A stretch of 35,148 bases of DNA from a virus. Taxonomy: Duplodnaviria > Heunggongvirae > Uroviricota > Caudoviricetes. Location of the stretch: IMG/VR virus record IMGVR_UViG_2718218452_000003; one strand, written 5' to 3'. Below, in pieces: positions 8,192 to 18,145 of this stretch. The position numbers were made by a program, and so were the translations under genes. The notes below the pieces were generated by a model. It made no database searches, was not told the DNA's origin, and worked only from the letters and a program-made list of their open reading frames with translations. Each line of letters opens with the position of its first letter. Within the stretch, counting starts at the first letter, position 1.

Positions 8192-10985
8192 TATCCGGGT
8201 CGCTTTCAGCGCCGTTGACAGGCTGACCCGGCCTGCCGAAAACGCCCGCCGCCTGATGGGGCAGTTTGGTGACTCCATCCAGCGAACGCAGGGGGCGATC
8301 AAAAATCTCGAGCGTCAGGCGCGTTCATTTGAGCGCGCCCGTGACGCTGTCAGTAAAGCGGATGCGGGCATCGTGAAAGCACGACGCCAGCTTAACGCCC
8401 TTAATCAGTTACAACGCACGGGTACAGTGCTCAGCGAAAAACAACAAAAGCTGATGCAGCAGTTAAGCACCCGGCTTGAACGCCTGAATGAATCGCGCAC
8501 ACGGGAAATTCAGAAAATGCGGGAGCTTGGCGGAGAACTGAAACGCCACGGCATTTCCCTGACAGGCAGCGATAACACCATTCAGCAGGCCATCAGACGC
8601 ACCGAACAATACAACAACCAGCTTGAACGCGAACGGCAGGCGCTTGCGCGTGTAACGCGGGCGCGTGAGCGGTATTCGCGCGCGCAGGAAACAGCGGGAA
8701 AACTGAAAACAGGTGGTGCGCTGGCAATTGGTGCGGCAGCGGCGGGCGGCTATGCTGCCGGGCGTTTTTTGCAGCCTGCGATCGGGTTCGGGAAAGAGAT
8801 GTCCCGCGTTCAGGCACTGACGCGAATCGACAAAAACAGCCCGCAGTTTAAGGCGCTGCGTGAGCAGGCGTTAAAACTTGGCTCTGAAACGCAGTTCACC
8901 GCAGGCGATGCCGCCAGTGGGCAGGCATTTCTTGCAATGGCTGGCTTCACACCGCAGGCCATTCAGGCTGCGCTCCCTGGCGTACTGAGCATGGCAACGG
9001 CTGGCGGTATGGACCTCGGTGAGACGGCGGATATTGGCTCAAATATTCTGACGCAGTTCGGTCTTTCTGCTGACCAGATGGACCGGGTCGGCGACACACT
9101 CACCGCAGCGTTTACCCGTACCAACACTGACCTTCGCGCACTGGGTGAAACCATGAAATATGCAGGTCCGGTGGCGGGTAAGCTGGGAATATCGCTGGAG
9201 CAGGCCGCAGCGATGGCGGGCGTGCTGGCGAATATGGGTATCAGGGGGAGTGATGCTGGTACGGCAATGCGTGCCAGCCTGGCTCGTCTGGCATCACCGC
9301 CAAAGGCGGCAGCAGAGGCGCTGAAAGAGCTTGGCGTGTCTGTCTCGGATGCCGGGGGCAAAATGCGCCCGATGGAGGATGTGCTGGCTGACCTTTATAA
9401 AGCTACCCGCAAATACGGGGAAGTTGACCGGGTATCGTTCTTTAAGGACATTGCCGGAGAAGAGGCTTTCACATCATTTATGGCCCTCGTTGATGCGGCA
9501 GGTGACGGCTCCTTACCCAAACTGAGAAAAGAACTTGAAGGCGCGCGCGGTGAGGCTGAACGCACGGCAAAGGTTATGGCCAACAACCTTGACGGCGATC
9601 TGAAATCACTCAGCAGTGCATGGGAAGGGTTGCGCATCCGCATTGCAGATCTGATTGACGGTCCGCTGCGTTCTGTCACGCAGTGGCTCACGCGTGTGGT
9701 ATCAAAGGTGACGGCGCTGGCGCAGGCCCATCCCGCACTGACGCGCCAGCTACTGATTGCAGGCGGTGCACTGCTGGCAATGACTGCAACGGTTGGCTCG
9801 TTGTCGCTGGCTATTGGTGTGTTTGCTGGCCCGCTGGCAAAACTGCGTCTTGGTTTTTCCCTCCTGACCGGATCAATGAATGCTGTCAGGGTTCTGCCAG
9901 CACTATGGGGAATGGTGACGGGTTCCGTTTCTTTACTGGGAGGCGCTATCGGGGCGTTGTTCAGTCCGGTTGGTCTTATCGTGGTTGCGCTTGCCGGAGC
10001 TGCCGTTCTTATCTGGAAATACTGGGATCCCATCAGGGCATTTTTTGCCGGAGTGTTCAGCGGGATTATGGAAAGGCTGACCCCGTTGCGCGAAACCTTT
10101 GAACGGTTTGGTCCTGTTTTTGACGCAATCGGGAGTGGGATCAGCCAGGTGTTTAACTGGTTTAAATCGCTGCTGTCACCGATGGAGTCCAGCAAGGAAA
10201 CTCTGGATAAATGTACCAGTGCTGGCGAGATATTCGGTAACGTTCTTGGCGGTGCGTTACAACTTGTTCTGACACCTGCAAAAATGTTGCTGGATACGCT
10301 GGCGTGGATACTTGAAAAGCTTGGTGTGCTTCCGGATGAAGCGGAAAGGGCGCGCAAGAAAATCGAAGACGCACAGCGTGCGGCCATTCTTCAGGACAAG
10401 GTTGCCTTGCTTCAGGGGGACCTGGCGAAAATCAATCCGCCGAAGCCTGTGGAAAATGGCAATGGCACCGGAGGTGATAACCCCAAAGACAATAAACTGC
10501 TCACAGACAGCAATACCGGTACGCTGCGCAGACTCAGCAAAATTGCTGATAACACAGGTAAGCTGGTTGATGAGACGAAAAAACGCATTGGCCCCGGCGA
10601 TATTGTCTTTAAGAACCTGCCCCGCGCACTTGCTGTTCGTGGGGAGTGGCAGGAGCGGAAGATTGCACAGGTCAGTAAGCCTGCTTCCGCAATCAACATC
10701 ACACCTGTGGTCCCGGCTCCGCTGCCTCCGGCGCTGGTCCCTGTTGTTGCGGCCAGCTCCCGCCCGGTGGCGGAGGCCATACGATCGCCAGTGGCATCAG
10801 TTCCTGCAACTTCCCGTAACCGGGAGCCTGCTGTCTCCGGATTTTGCGGTGAAATTCATGTTCATCTGCATAACGTTGTTACGCAGAATCCCCGCGAACT
10901 GGCGAAACTGGTCGGTGAAATGGTCAGGGCAGAAATGGAACGGCGCGCCCGTGCCGGGCGTGGCAGTTTTTACGATAAAGATTGA
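8178..10985 (+). CDS. T: Tail tape measure protein T
   Basis: 935 aa. Coiled-coil N-terminal region, Gly/Ala-rich hydrophobic central segments, in the conserved position after E/E'. Confidence 0.9.
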   Translation: MKTLDIRVAFSAVDRLTRPAENARRLMGQFGDSIQRTQGAIKNLERQARSFERARDAVSKADAGIVKARRQLNALNQLQRTGTVLSEKQQKLMQQLSTRLERLNESRTREIQKMRELGGELKRHGISLTGSDNTIQQAIRRTEQYNNQLERERQALARVTRARERYSRAQETAGKLKTGGALAIGAAAAGGYAAGRFLQPAIGFGKEMSRVQALTRIDKNSPQFKALREQALKLGSETQFTAGDAASGQAFLAMAGFTPQAIQAALPGVLSMATAGGMDLGETADIGSNILTQFGLSADQMDRVGDTLTAAFTRTNTDLRALGETMKYAGPVAGKLGISLEQAAAMAGVLANMGIRGSDAGTAMRASLARLASPPKAAAEALKELGVSVSDAGGKMRPMEDVLADLYKATRKYGEVDRVSFFKDIAGEEAFTSFMALVDAAGDGSLPKLRKELEGARGEAERTAKVMANNLDGDLKSLSSAWEGLRIRIADLIDGPLRSVTQWLTRVVSKVTALAQAHPALTRQLLIAGGALLAMTATVGSLSLAIGVFAGPLAKLRLGFSLLTGSMNAVRVLPALWGMVTGSVSLLGGAIGALFSPVGLIVVALAGAAVLIWKYWDPIRAFFAGVFSGIMERLTPLRETFERFGPVFDAIGSGISQVFNWFKSLLSPMESSKETLDKCTSAGEIFGNVLGGALQLVLTPAKMLLDTLAWILEKLGVLPDEAERARKKIEDAQRAAILQDKVALLQGDLAKINPPKPVENGNGTGGDNPKDNKLLTDSNTGTLRRLSKIADNTGKLVDETKKRIGPGDIVFKNLPRALAVRGEWQERKIAQVSKPASAINITPVVPAPLPPALVPVVAASSRPVAEAIRSPVASVPATSRNREPAVSGFCGEIHVHLHNVVTQNPRELAKLVGEMVRAEMERRARAGRGSFYDKD

Positions 10986-10991
10986 GGAGTC

Positions 10992-11486
10992 ATGGCCATG
11001 ATGATGATCTATGGCATGTTTGTTTTTGAGCTGCGCACGCTGCCGCATCAGCAGTTACAGCAAAACAAAAGCTGGCGGCATGTGAAAAATGAACGCGTTA
11101 ACCGTTCAGCAAGCTGGCAGTATATCGGTGCAGGTGATGATCGCATCGTTCTTTCTGGTGTGCTTTATCCTGAAATTACAGGTGGCGAAGTGTCGCTGTC
11201 GCTGCTGACCACGCAGGCGTATACAGGACGACCCTGGCCTTTGATTGATGGCGTCGGGCAGATTTACGGCATGTATGTCCTGACCGGAACGAATACGATC
11301 CGTTCCGAGTTTGATCGCTACGGTAAGGCGAAAAAGATAGAATTTTCACTGACCCTTGAACGCTGTGATGAGGATTTGCGGGAGCGCCTGCAATCCTCAT
11401 CGTTCAGCGATATGCTGTCCGGCTTCAAAGATAAGGTGGCGTCATCCCTTAACAGTGCGGTCAGTTCTGTTAAGGGACTGTTCTGA
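10992..11486 (+). CDS. U: Tail protein U
   Basis: 164 aa following T, with GAGGAG RBS. N-terminal FVFELRTLPHQQLQ...SWRH resembles P2 gpU. Confidence 0.85.
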   Translation: MAMMMIYGMFVFELRTLPHQQLQQNKSWRHVKNERVNRSASWQYIGAGDDRIVLSGVLYPEITGGEVSLSLLTTQAYTGRPWPLIDGVGQIYGMYVLTGTNTIRSEFDRYGKAKKIEFSLTLERCDEDLRERLQSSSFSDMLSGFKDKVASSLNSAVSSVKGLF

Positions 11487-11530
11487 TTTAACGCAAATCA
11501 CAAATAGTTAGATAAACAGAAATAACGATA

Positions 11531-11549
11531 AGGCCCGATATTCGGGCCT
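11531..11549. terminator. Bidirectional intrinsic terminator between convergent U and G (stem AGGCCCGA/TTCGGGCCT)
   Basis: GC-rich 8-bp stem with a 3-nt loop. T-rich on the plus side (TTCGTTTATTC) and A/T-rich on the minus side. Confidence 0.6.
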
Positions 11550-11554
11550 TTCGT

Positions 11555-12094
11555 TTATTCTGGTTGATCAGGGAACGTAACGGGTAATTCAGTGGTATCA
11601 GTGGTCTCAACTTGTTGCACGTACCGCATCCAGCGCATCAGTTGTTGCTTATCTGAATCACTGATAATCCCTAATGCAAGCTGGGTCTGCCAGAACTGCG
11701 TTTTTTCTCTGGCCTGCTGTAATAACCTTTGTTTCTGGTTTTCAGCCTGCAAGCGTTGCTCTTCTTCGGTATACACACGTTTAATGACTGAGCCATCTTT
11801 AAACATCCAGTTACCTGAAATATCAGCGCGTCGGTTTGCTGTAATATTAGGCAACTCGACAACACTTTTTCCTTCCGGGCAAATTGCAGTTACATCCGTT
11901 TGCACGTCGCATATGACATTATTTTCATCATATGCAATCTTTATGGTGTCTGGCTGAAAGTTCTTTTGTTCCTCATACCAGTTTTTACCATCTTCAGCGA
12001 ATAACCAGACAACGCCGGAGTTTTTAGTTAACAGGTACTGTTCTTTTGTTTTTGGATTGCCCGGTTTTATATTTTTTAAATGCATCATAATCAA
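11555..12094 (-). CDS. G: Tail fibre assembly protein G
   Basis: 179 aa immediately downstream of, and overlapping, the tail fibre gene. C-terminal region is typical of Tfa chaperones. Confidence 0.8.
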   Translation of the reverse strand: MIMMHLKNIKPGNPKTKEQYLLTKNSGVVWLFAEDGKNWYEEQKNFQPDTIKIAYDENNVICDVQTDVTAICPEGKSVVELPNITANRRADISGNWMFKDGSVIKRVYTEEEQRLQAENQKQRLLQQAREKTQFWQTQLALGIISDSDKQQLMRWMRYVQQVETTDTTELPVTFPDQPE

Positions 12095-14154
12095 ACACTC
12101 GATACGTTATACCATGTACCATTAATATTTTTTTGAATTGGTCTGTAATAAACACCACCAATATTATCGGCAGAGTTTGAGCCTGTATCCTGAACGATAA
12201 TCCCGGTATATGCGCAACCAGATGGAGCCTGATGCGTCCATGTTGTACCGTTATTTGCTGGTTTATAGGATGACGCACCACCAAGTCTAATATCCCGGAC
12301 ATAGCGTGAATCAAAGTTGCCATAGTTAGATGGTGATACCTGCCCGTTAACAGCAAAAGTGATGCTGTTATCTGTATTTCTCTGACTGTAAAAATGCCAG
12401 CCTGCATCATCACCTAATTCAGCCACCACCGGACGACTTGCGTTTCCCCACAAATTGAATGCGGCTTCCTTCGTGGATGTATTGCTGCTGCTGACCGTGA
12501 ACTTTTTCCCGCTACCGGCACGTACTTTGGTACTTGAGACAATATCACCTGTAACACTCAGGCCATGCCCCATTGACACTCCGCCATTGGCGTTATTGAT
12601 AGTCAGCGGTCTTAAGCCGTTCCATGTCCCAAATTTATCGCCAGAGGCCGTCAGCATTAAATATGTGCTGCCGCCATCATTCCTGATAAAGAATCCATAA
12701 TTGCCATAAGCAATGCGCAGACCATTAGCACTGAGTGATGTAATCTCACCTCTTGAACGGAGACCATAAGCGGAGCTGAGTGATAATTCTTCCTGAGCGT
12801 CATAGTTTCCTGTCGCCCAGCGAATTACCCCGCCCTGTACTGTTTCATGCCAGATAGTGTCTCCTTCTCCACCACGAAACTTTCTGAGATATTTTTTGCC
12901 GCCTCTGGTGCCTGAACATAAGGCCGTAGACATATAGGCATTCTGGCTTCCGCCATCCTGATTAATCGTTCCGGTCATTGAGTCGCCCTGACGATTCCAG
13001 TCACGACGCCAGCCGGGGGAGTAGCCGTCCCCATGATTAATGTAAGTGAATTGCGCGCTGGTTGTACCGCCACCACTTGATGTTGTCGGCGTGGTCACTC
13101 GGATAGTGATTGCAGATTTAGTTCCCATGACCTCGACGACACAACCAGCCAGGTGGATATCACCACATCCGGTATCCGTAATGATTTTGTTATTTGCATA
13201 TGACCATGAGCCTTTGCACATCCAGTACGGATGATTAAATGCACCACGGGAATCCAGCCATTCAATAAACTGAGCGGTTGTCCAGTTTCCGGCTTCAGTG
13301 CTCAAAGCGCCGCTATAAGCACGACAGGCACCGATATTTTTCGTGAAGGTATCCTTTCCCGGAATATCCGCACCGTTCTGATCTTTCTGAAGACGTTTTT
13401 CAGCATTGTCATAGGCAGACTTCACCGCTTTTGATGTTGCGGCCAGCGTTTCAGAATCACTGTTGGTGGCGCTACTGAGCTGGACAAGACCTTTTCGCGC
13501 TGTAGTGGCATCCTGTGCAGTGTATTTCCCGTTAGCAAGGTCATAGGCTGCCTTGACCGCTTTCGGCGTTGCGGCCAGTGCTTCAGACGTGCTGTTGGTG
13601 GCGCTACTGAGTTGAACAAAGCCTTTTGCGGTCAGCGAGGCGTCCGGGTGACGTCGTGACTGTTCATGTTCTTTCAGTTTGTCATTCACGTAATCCACTG
13701 TGGCCATAACCATGGTGTTATCCACGGTAAGCGCCACGGTGGCAGTGCTGGATACGCTCAGAATGGTGCGAAATGTTTGTGCACGTCCGGATCCTTCGGC
13801 AACGGCTGGCTTGTAACTTTCGGCAGTATTGCCCACCGCGATTAAATCGCCGTGCTCATCAAATACACCAATTTCCCGGATCCAGAATCCGCCCGTTTCA
13901 GGAGGAATAACCAGCTCCGCAATAATGCGGTTCTGATGTGTTGCGTCCAGGATGACGCGATTAACAGTATGTCGCCACACCTCATGCACCAGACGGGTCT
14001 GCTTACTGTCTGGTGTGGGCAACGTGCCGCCACCGTCGCCCACGGCCATGTGAGTCAGGCGGACAGGATTACCATCTGGCGCGGCTGCCTGAGCTAATTT
14101 TTTGGCACCCGTATCGGTGATAACGGTTTTAAATTTTCGTGTTGTGGTACTCAT
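12091..14154 (-). CDS. H: Tail fibre protein H
   Basis: 687 aa. Conserved N-terminal baseplate-attachment region, internal tandem KGxVQLSSATNS...KAVKxAYD repeats, Gly/Ser-rich distal domain. Confidence 0.85.
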   Translation of the reverse strand: MSTTTRKFKTVITDTGAKKLAQAAAPDGNPVRLTHMAVGDGGGTLPTPDSKQTRLVHEVWRHTVNRVILDATHQNRIIAELVIPPETGGFWIREIGVFDEHGDLIAVGNTAESYKPAVAEGSGRAQTFRTILSVSSTATVALTVDNTMVMATVDYVNDKLKEHEQSRRHPDASLTAKGFVQLSSATNSTSEALAATPKAVKAAYDLANGKYTAQDATTARKGLVQLSSATNSDSETLAATSKAVKSAYDNAEKRLQKDQNGADIPGKDTFTKNIGACRAYSGALSTEAGNWTTAQFIEWLDSRGAFNHPYWMCKGSWSYANNKIITDTGCGDIHLAGCVVEVMGTKSAITIRVTTPTTSSGGGTTSAQFTYINHGDGYSPGWRRDWNRQGDSMTGTINQDGGSQNAYMSTALCSGTRGGKKYLRKFRGGEGDTIWHETVQGGVIRWATGNYDAQEELSLSSAYGLRSRGEITSLSANGLRIAYGNYGFFIRNDGGSTYLMLTASGDKFGTWNGLRPLTINNANGGVSMGHGLSVTGDIVSSTKVRAGSGKKFTVSSSNTSTKEAAFNLWGNASRPVVAELGDDAGWHFYSQRNTDNSITFAVNGQVSPSNYGNFDSRYVRDIRLGGASSYKPANNGTTWTHQAPSGCAYTGIIVQDTGSNSADNIGGVYYRPIQKNINGTWYNVSSV
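13409..13645. repeat. Tandem imperfect repeat (2 x ~105 bp, period 132 bp) inside tail fibre gene H
   Basis: Plus-strand text tcataggcagacttcaccgctttt...ggtggcgctactgag recurs 132 bp later with a few substitutions. Encodes the duplicated 44-aa fibre motif. Confidence 0.7.
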
Positions 14155-14156
14155 GC

Positions 14157-14720
14157 TTAATCGTCCGGATAAATGGTAATGACTTCACCGTCGTAAGTTG
14201 CTGCCGCCGCGAAAATATCCCCCGGGATCTCCTGAATGATATTCAGCCCTGTCATGTGGCGGCTGACCGGGCGGGCATCAGCAATCAACCGCTCCATTTC
14301 CAGATACATTTCCTCCGTCACGCCACTGTCCAGCGTGCCGACTTCAACGGTAAATGTTCCCGGTTCTCCGCCGAACTCCCACCACTCAGACACACGAATG
14401 AGGTATCCCAGCGGCTCAATGGCCCGGCGCAGTGCGCTGATGGTCCCTTTGTGTCGGTGTATCAGCCATGCATCACGAATCACCTGTCGCTTTGTCTCTT
14501 CCGGCCAGTTGCGATCCCAGCGGTCAACGGAAAATGCCCAGGCGAGATAAGGCAGCAGATGCACCGGGCAGGTGTCCGGCGACCACAGCGTGTTGAGGTC
14601 TACCGGAATGTCTGTAATGCGCGTTCCGACAGCTTCGGCACAACGCATGAAATTGCTGGCTGATGGCGGTAACAGTGAATTACTCATTACGCCCACCTTC
14701 GCTGATGGTGAATGACTCAC
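14157..14720 (-). CDS. I: Baseplate/tail protein I
   Basis: 187 aa; position and size match P2 gpI between J and H. Confidence 0.8.
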   Translation of the reverse strand: MSHSPSAKVGVMSNSLLPPSASNFMRCAEAVGTRITDIPVDLNTLWSPDTCPVHLLPYLAWAFSVDRWDRNWPEETKRQVIRDAWLIHRHKGTISALRRAIEPLGYLIRVSEWWEFGGEPGTFTVEVGTLDSGVTEEMYLEMERLIADARPVSRHMTGLNIIQEIPGDIFAAAATYDGEVITIYPDD

Positions 14721-15576
14721 AGCGCGCCGCCTGTATGTCGCTGATGGCCATATTTTGTGTGGGTTCGATTATCTCCACGCGTTGCACACCGTGCACATGC
14801 AGTGCGGCAGCAATGGCTGACAACGCCACATCCTGACCGATAAGCCCCTGCTCAGACAGCCACTTCCTGAACGACGATTCCGCCGCGGCCAGAATAGGTT
14901 CGGATTCCGGGCCGGGGTAAAAGTACAGTTTTGCATTCAGCCGCCATGTCACGATTCTGGCACTCTGTACGGTCAGGCGGTCGGCCACCGGGCGGGTATC
15001 CTCTGCATTCAGAACGGCGCGAACGGTATTAAGCAACGCCTCCGTTGCTGTGCCGTCGCCCTCAGTGGACAGGATGGAAACCGTCACGTTGGCCGGAGAC
15101 GGGCTGATGGCCCGCGCATCGCGTACCAGACCGCTGGCGCTGCGTGCAAAATACTCGTATGCACCTGACGGGCCAGCAACACTCAGACCGTCATATGCCC
15201 GTTGCGCCCGTAGTCTCAGCGAGGTGTCACTTTCCATCACTGCGTCGGTGGTATCCGTTGCCGGAGTGATAACCAGGCGCTTTGTGTTCATATTGCCCGC
15301 GAGGTTGTCCAGGTCTGTCCCGGCGCTGTGGCTTAGCATGCAGGCGCGTGCACCCTCATTGACCCGCTGGCGTAACAGCATTTCACGAAACGACATGGTT
15401 TGAGCGATAACGTTAAGGGGTTCCGATTCCAGCTCCAGCGCGGCGGAAACGGCTTCACGCTGTTCGGCGGGATAGGACGCAATCATCATGGCCTTTGTGT
15501 CAGCCAGAATTGCCTCAAAGTCAGGCTCCGCGATGATGGCGGGGTCCGGTAACTGTGAAAGGTCAACGGCAGGCAT
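14680..15576 (-). CDS. J: Baseplate assembly protein J
   Basis: 298 aa; position and size match P2 gpJ. Confidence 0.85.
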   Translation of the reverse strand: MPAVDLSQLPDPAIIAEPDFEAILADTKAMMIASYPAEQREAVSAALELESEPLNVIAQTMSFREMLLRQRVNEGARACMLSHSAGTDLDNLAGNMNTKRLVITPATDTTDAVMESDTSLRLRAQRAYDGLSVAGPSGAYEYFARSASGLVRDARAISPSPANVTVSILSTEGDGTATEALLNTVRAVLNAEDTRPVADRLTVQSARIVTWRLNAKLYFYPGPESEPILAAAESSFRKWLSEQGLIGQDVALSAIAAALHVHGVQRVEIIEPTQNMAISDIQAARCESFTISEGGRNE

Positions 15577-15579
15577 GAT

Positions 15580-15930
15580 TTACTCCCTCAGCGTGATGGT
15601 TAATTCAACATTCTGCATGGTCTGCATGACAGTGCCCGACAGCGTCACCCCGGCGCGGCCTCCTGCCTTCCAGACAACGTCGATAGCGTCCAGGGCAATG
15701 CGGGGTTCCCATCGTGTCAGCGCAATCACGGCAGCACTCATGCATTGCAGACGCGTGGTGTTATTCATGGGTTCGTCAATCAAATCAGGCACAAGGCTGC
15801 CATATTCCCGTCGCATAACCCGGCTTGCCAGCGGGGTGGTCAGGATGTCCCTGACTGACTGTTTCAGGTGCTCCATATCGTTCAGGTTTCCCGTTCCGTC
15901 CGGGTTCATTCCTGTGTAGCGGGTTGTCAC
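15580..15930 (-). CDS. W: Baseplate wedge protein W (gp25-like)
   Basis: 116 aa; position and size match P2 gpW. Confidence 0.85.
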   Translation of the reverse strand: MTTRYTGMNPDGTGNLNDMEHLKQSVRDILTTPLASRVMRREYGSLVPDLIDEPMNNTTRLQCMSAAVIALTRWEPRIALDAIDVVWKAGGRAGVTLSGTVMQTMQNVELTITLRE

Positions 15931-16508
15931 TGCGGGCCTCCTGTCGAATCGCTGCCACCTTTAACGCCACCGTGTTTATGCGTATGCACTGTGATGCCGT
16001 TTGAGGTGAAATTGCCGCCGCTGTGCGTGATATTGCCGCTCATCTTTCCCCCTTTTGTGACGTCAAGCGTCGCCGTTCTCAGAAGGTCTGTGCATTCCAC
16101 GACGGGCGTATCCAGTGTCACGCTGACGGATGCCTGCAGGGTGGCTGTTTTCATGCCGCTGGCGCTCAGTGCGCCTGCGTCCGCGTCGTAGCGGAACACC
16201 GTGCCATCCGGCGCGCTGACCACGATTTCTTTCAGGCTTTTGCCGGGGGCCGGAATGGCATCACTCCACAGGCTGCCAATTATCATGGCGGTTTCCGGGT
16301 TGCCGCCAATGCAGGCAATTACCACCTGTTCGCCGGGTGATGGCGGCAGCCACACATTGAAGGCTCCCGCGCGCGTGGTGTTCCAGCGCAGCCAGCCTGT
16401 TTCCAGTTCGCCGCTGCGAACGCGCACGCACCAGGATTCCTCATCAACTTCAGAGATGATCCCGGTACGGATGATGTTGCTCAGCAGTCGCATGAGTTCT
16501 GCGCTCAC
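15927..16508 (-). CDS. V: Baseplate spike/assembly protein V
   Basis: 193 aa. N-terminal MSAELMRLLSNIIRTGIISEVD matches gpV-type spike proteins. Confidence 0.85.
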   Translation of the reverse strand: MSAELMRLLSNIIRTGIISEVDEESWCVRVRSGELETGWLRWNTTRAGAFNVWLPPSPGEQVVIACIGGNPETAMIIGSLWSDAIPAPGKSLKEIVVSAPDGTVFRYDADAGALSASGMKTATLQASVSVTLDTPVVECTDLLRTATLDVTKGGKMSGNITHSGGNFTSNGITVHTHKHGGVKGGSDSTGGPQ

Positions 16509-17149
16509 CGTACAGCCTCCGCAATCCGGCCCAGCACCGTGTTATAAATCAGGCGCTCATCTGCCTGGCTGATACCCAGCAGCTCACGTACCGGGTAATC
16601 GGTGAAAATGCCCGGCGCAACCTGATCGCGCTCACCTAACTGATGAACGCGTGCAATACGTGCGGCCACGCCGCTGTAACCCACCGTCACACCGGATGCA
16701 TCTGCACGGGCTTTCAGGTAGCGGGCGGTGCGCAGTTTTACGAACATGGGGACGCGCTTTGTGCTGTCCTGGTTGATGCGCCGGGTGCGTATTTCCAGAA
16801 AACGGTCGATGTCATCCCGGTAAAACGTGCGGATATTGTTTTTATCCTCATCCCACCCGGTAATGGTTCGCCCGTATTTCCCCGTGTCGTGATGCCAGTT
16901 TTTCAGCGTGCGTGCTTCGTTATTCCAGATAAAGCGAATGCGTTCCTGTATCCGGGTTACGCGGCGTCTGCGTGGTGTCCACGCGGTCCCGTCCGGCGCT
17001 TTCTGTGACCGGATACGCGCCTGCTGGGCGCGGCGTAAATCCTGTGCCAGCTTTCTGGCGATGTTATTGATGGCCTGCTGATTCAGGCTGTCGCGGATGG
17101 CCTCAAAGGTTTCATCCACGCGGGTGAATGCCTTATCCATCGCTTTCAC
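16505..17149 (-). CDS. S: Tail completion / virion morphogenesis protein S
   Basis: Position between R and V. Start uncertain: GTG at 17149 or ATG at 17140. Confidence 0.7.
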   Translation of the reverse strand: MKAMDKAFTRVDETFEAIRDSLNQQAINNIARKLAQDLRRAQQARIRSQKAPDGTAWTPRRRRVTRIQERIRFIWNNEARTLKNWHHDTGKYGRTITGWDEDKNNIRTFYRDDIDRFLEIRTRRINQDSTKRVPMFVKLRTARYLKARADASGVTVGYSGVAARIARVHQLGERDQVAPGIFTDYPVRELLGISQADERLIYNTVLGRIAEAVR

Positions 17150-17600
17150 CCCACGTCACATCCTGGAATACATGCGACCAGTCGCCTTCGGAAGATGGCA
17201 GGCGGGGTTTTGGCTCAGGCAGGTGTTCTGCCTGCGGTGTGCCCTGACTGCTGCGCGTGATGCGAACGCGTTCCCGCAGGGGGAGCGTAAACAGGAGATC
17301 GGCGCTGTCATCGTCATTGATAACGGCGGAGAATTTGATGTCCTGATTACGCTCCGGATTGAGCAACAACTGTGGCTGATTTTCGGATAACCACGCCAGT
17401 AGCGGCAGCGTGAGGTCGTCCAGCTCCCCGGCGTAATCCATGACAAACATCACCATCTGATAGCGGTAAACAAACGAGGGCGTTTCTCCGGTCGTTTCAA
17501 TGTTGCCGCTCTCCACGAAAATGGTGAATTTTTCCGGGTTGGCCTGACACCATCGGCATGAACGGGTCATGGCTTCACGCAGGGAATCAGTTTTCAGCAT
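17133..17600 (-). CDS. R: Tail completion protein R
   Basis: 155 aa; same size and position as P2 gpR after the lysis genes. Confidence 0.8.
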   Translation of the reverse strand: MLKTDSLREAMTRSCRWCQANPEKFTIFVESGNIETTGETPSFVYRYQMVMFVMDYAGELDDLTLPLLAWLSENQPQLLLNPERNQDIKFSAVINDDDSADLLFTLPLRERVRITRSSQGTPQAEHLPEPKPRLPSSEGDWSHVFQDVTWGESDG

Positions 17601-17877
17601 GGTTGTTATCCTCGTTGTTCAGTCGTTGCAGCCTGCGCTGTTCCAGTAATTCAATGGCCCGTTTATCCGCGTTACAGGTTTCCAGTGCATCCAGAAGGCG
17701 GTCGCCCCATATACCGAGATTTCCCCATGTGGGAGTATCAGGGAAGGGGGGAGGCGTTACCGGTATGGTCAGCGTCTGCGGTATAAGCCGGACTGACGGC
17801 GCTGTCCGTGGCGCGTTCTGCGTGCCTGCGCAGCCTGTCAGTAAAACGAGCGTCAGGCAAAGCGTGGGCGCATTCAT
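17587..17877 (-). CDS. lysC: o-spanin (LysC/Rz1-like outer-membrane lipoprotein)
   Basis: Signal peptide and lipobox LLTGC followed by a proline-rich segment. Its 5' part overlaps the 3' end of the i-spanin gene in another frame. Confidence 0.65.
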   Translation of the reverse strand: MNAPTLCLTLVLLTGCAGTQNAPRTAPSVRLIPQTLTIPVTPPPFPDTPTWGNLGIWGDRLLDALETCNADKRAIELLEQRRLQRLNNEDNNHAEN

Positions 17878-18145
17878 CTTTTGCAATATCGTTGCGTAGC
17901 TGTTCACGTCTTACCTCTCCGTCCTGATTGCGTTGCTGATTTTCCACGCGGAGTTGCGCCAGCACCTGCTGCATATCCTGTACCCCGGCGCTGATGATAT
18001 TCAGGGTGTCGGCGGTACTTTTCAGGGTGCTGGCCTGCGCTTCGTTTCTGGCGTTCTCCCGGCCCAGCGACCACGACAGACGCATGGATGTTCCCCATCC
18101 GGCAATCAGAAGGAAAGCGACGCCAAGCGTGGGCCAGAGCTTCAT
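17738..18145 (-). CDS. lysB: i-spanin (LysB/Rz-like)
   Basis: Start at ATG 18145: MKLWPTLGVAFLLIAGW is an N-terminal TM anchor, followed by a coiled-coil periplasmic domain. Start overlaps the endolysin stop. Confidence 0.7.
   Translation of the reverse strand: MKLWPTLGVAFLLIAGWGTSMRLSWSLGRENARNEAQASTLKSTADTLNIISAGVQDMQQVLAQLRVENQQRNQDGEVRREQLRNDIAKDECAHALPDARFTDRLRRHAERATDSAVSPAYTADADHTGNASPLP

Noticed and set aside
9395-10387. 330-aa minus-strand ORF inside the tape-measure gene
   Set aside because: Fully antisense to the well-supported T gene in a GC-rich region. Low-complexity Ala/Ser/Pro-rich translation typical of spurious antisense frames.
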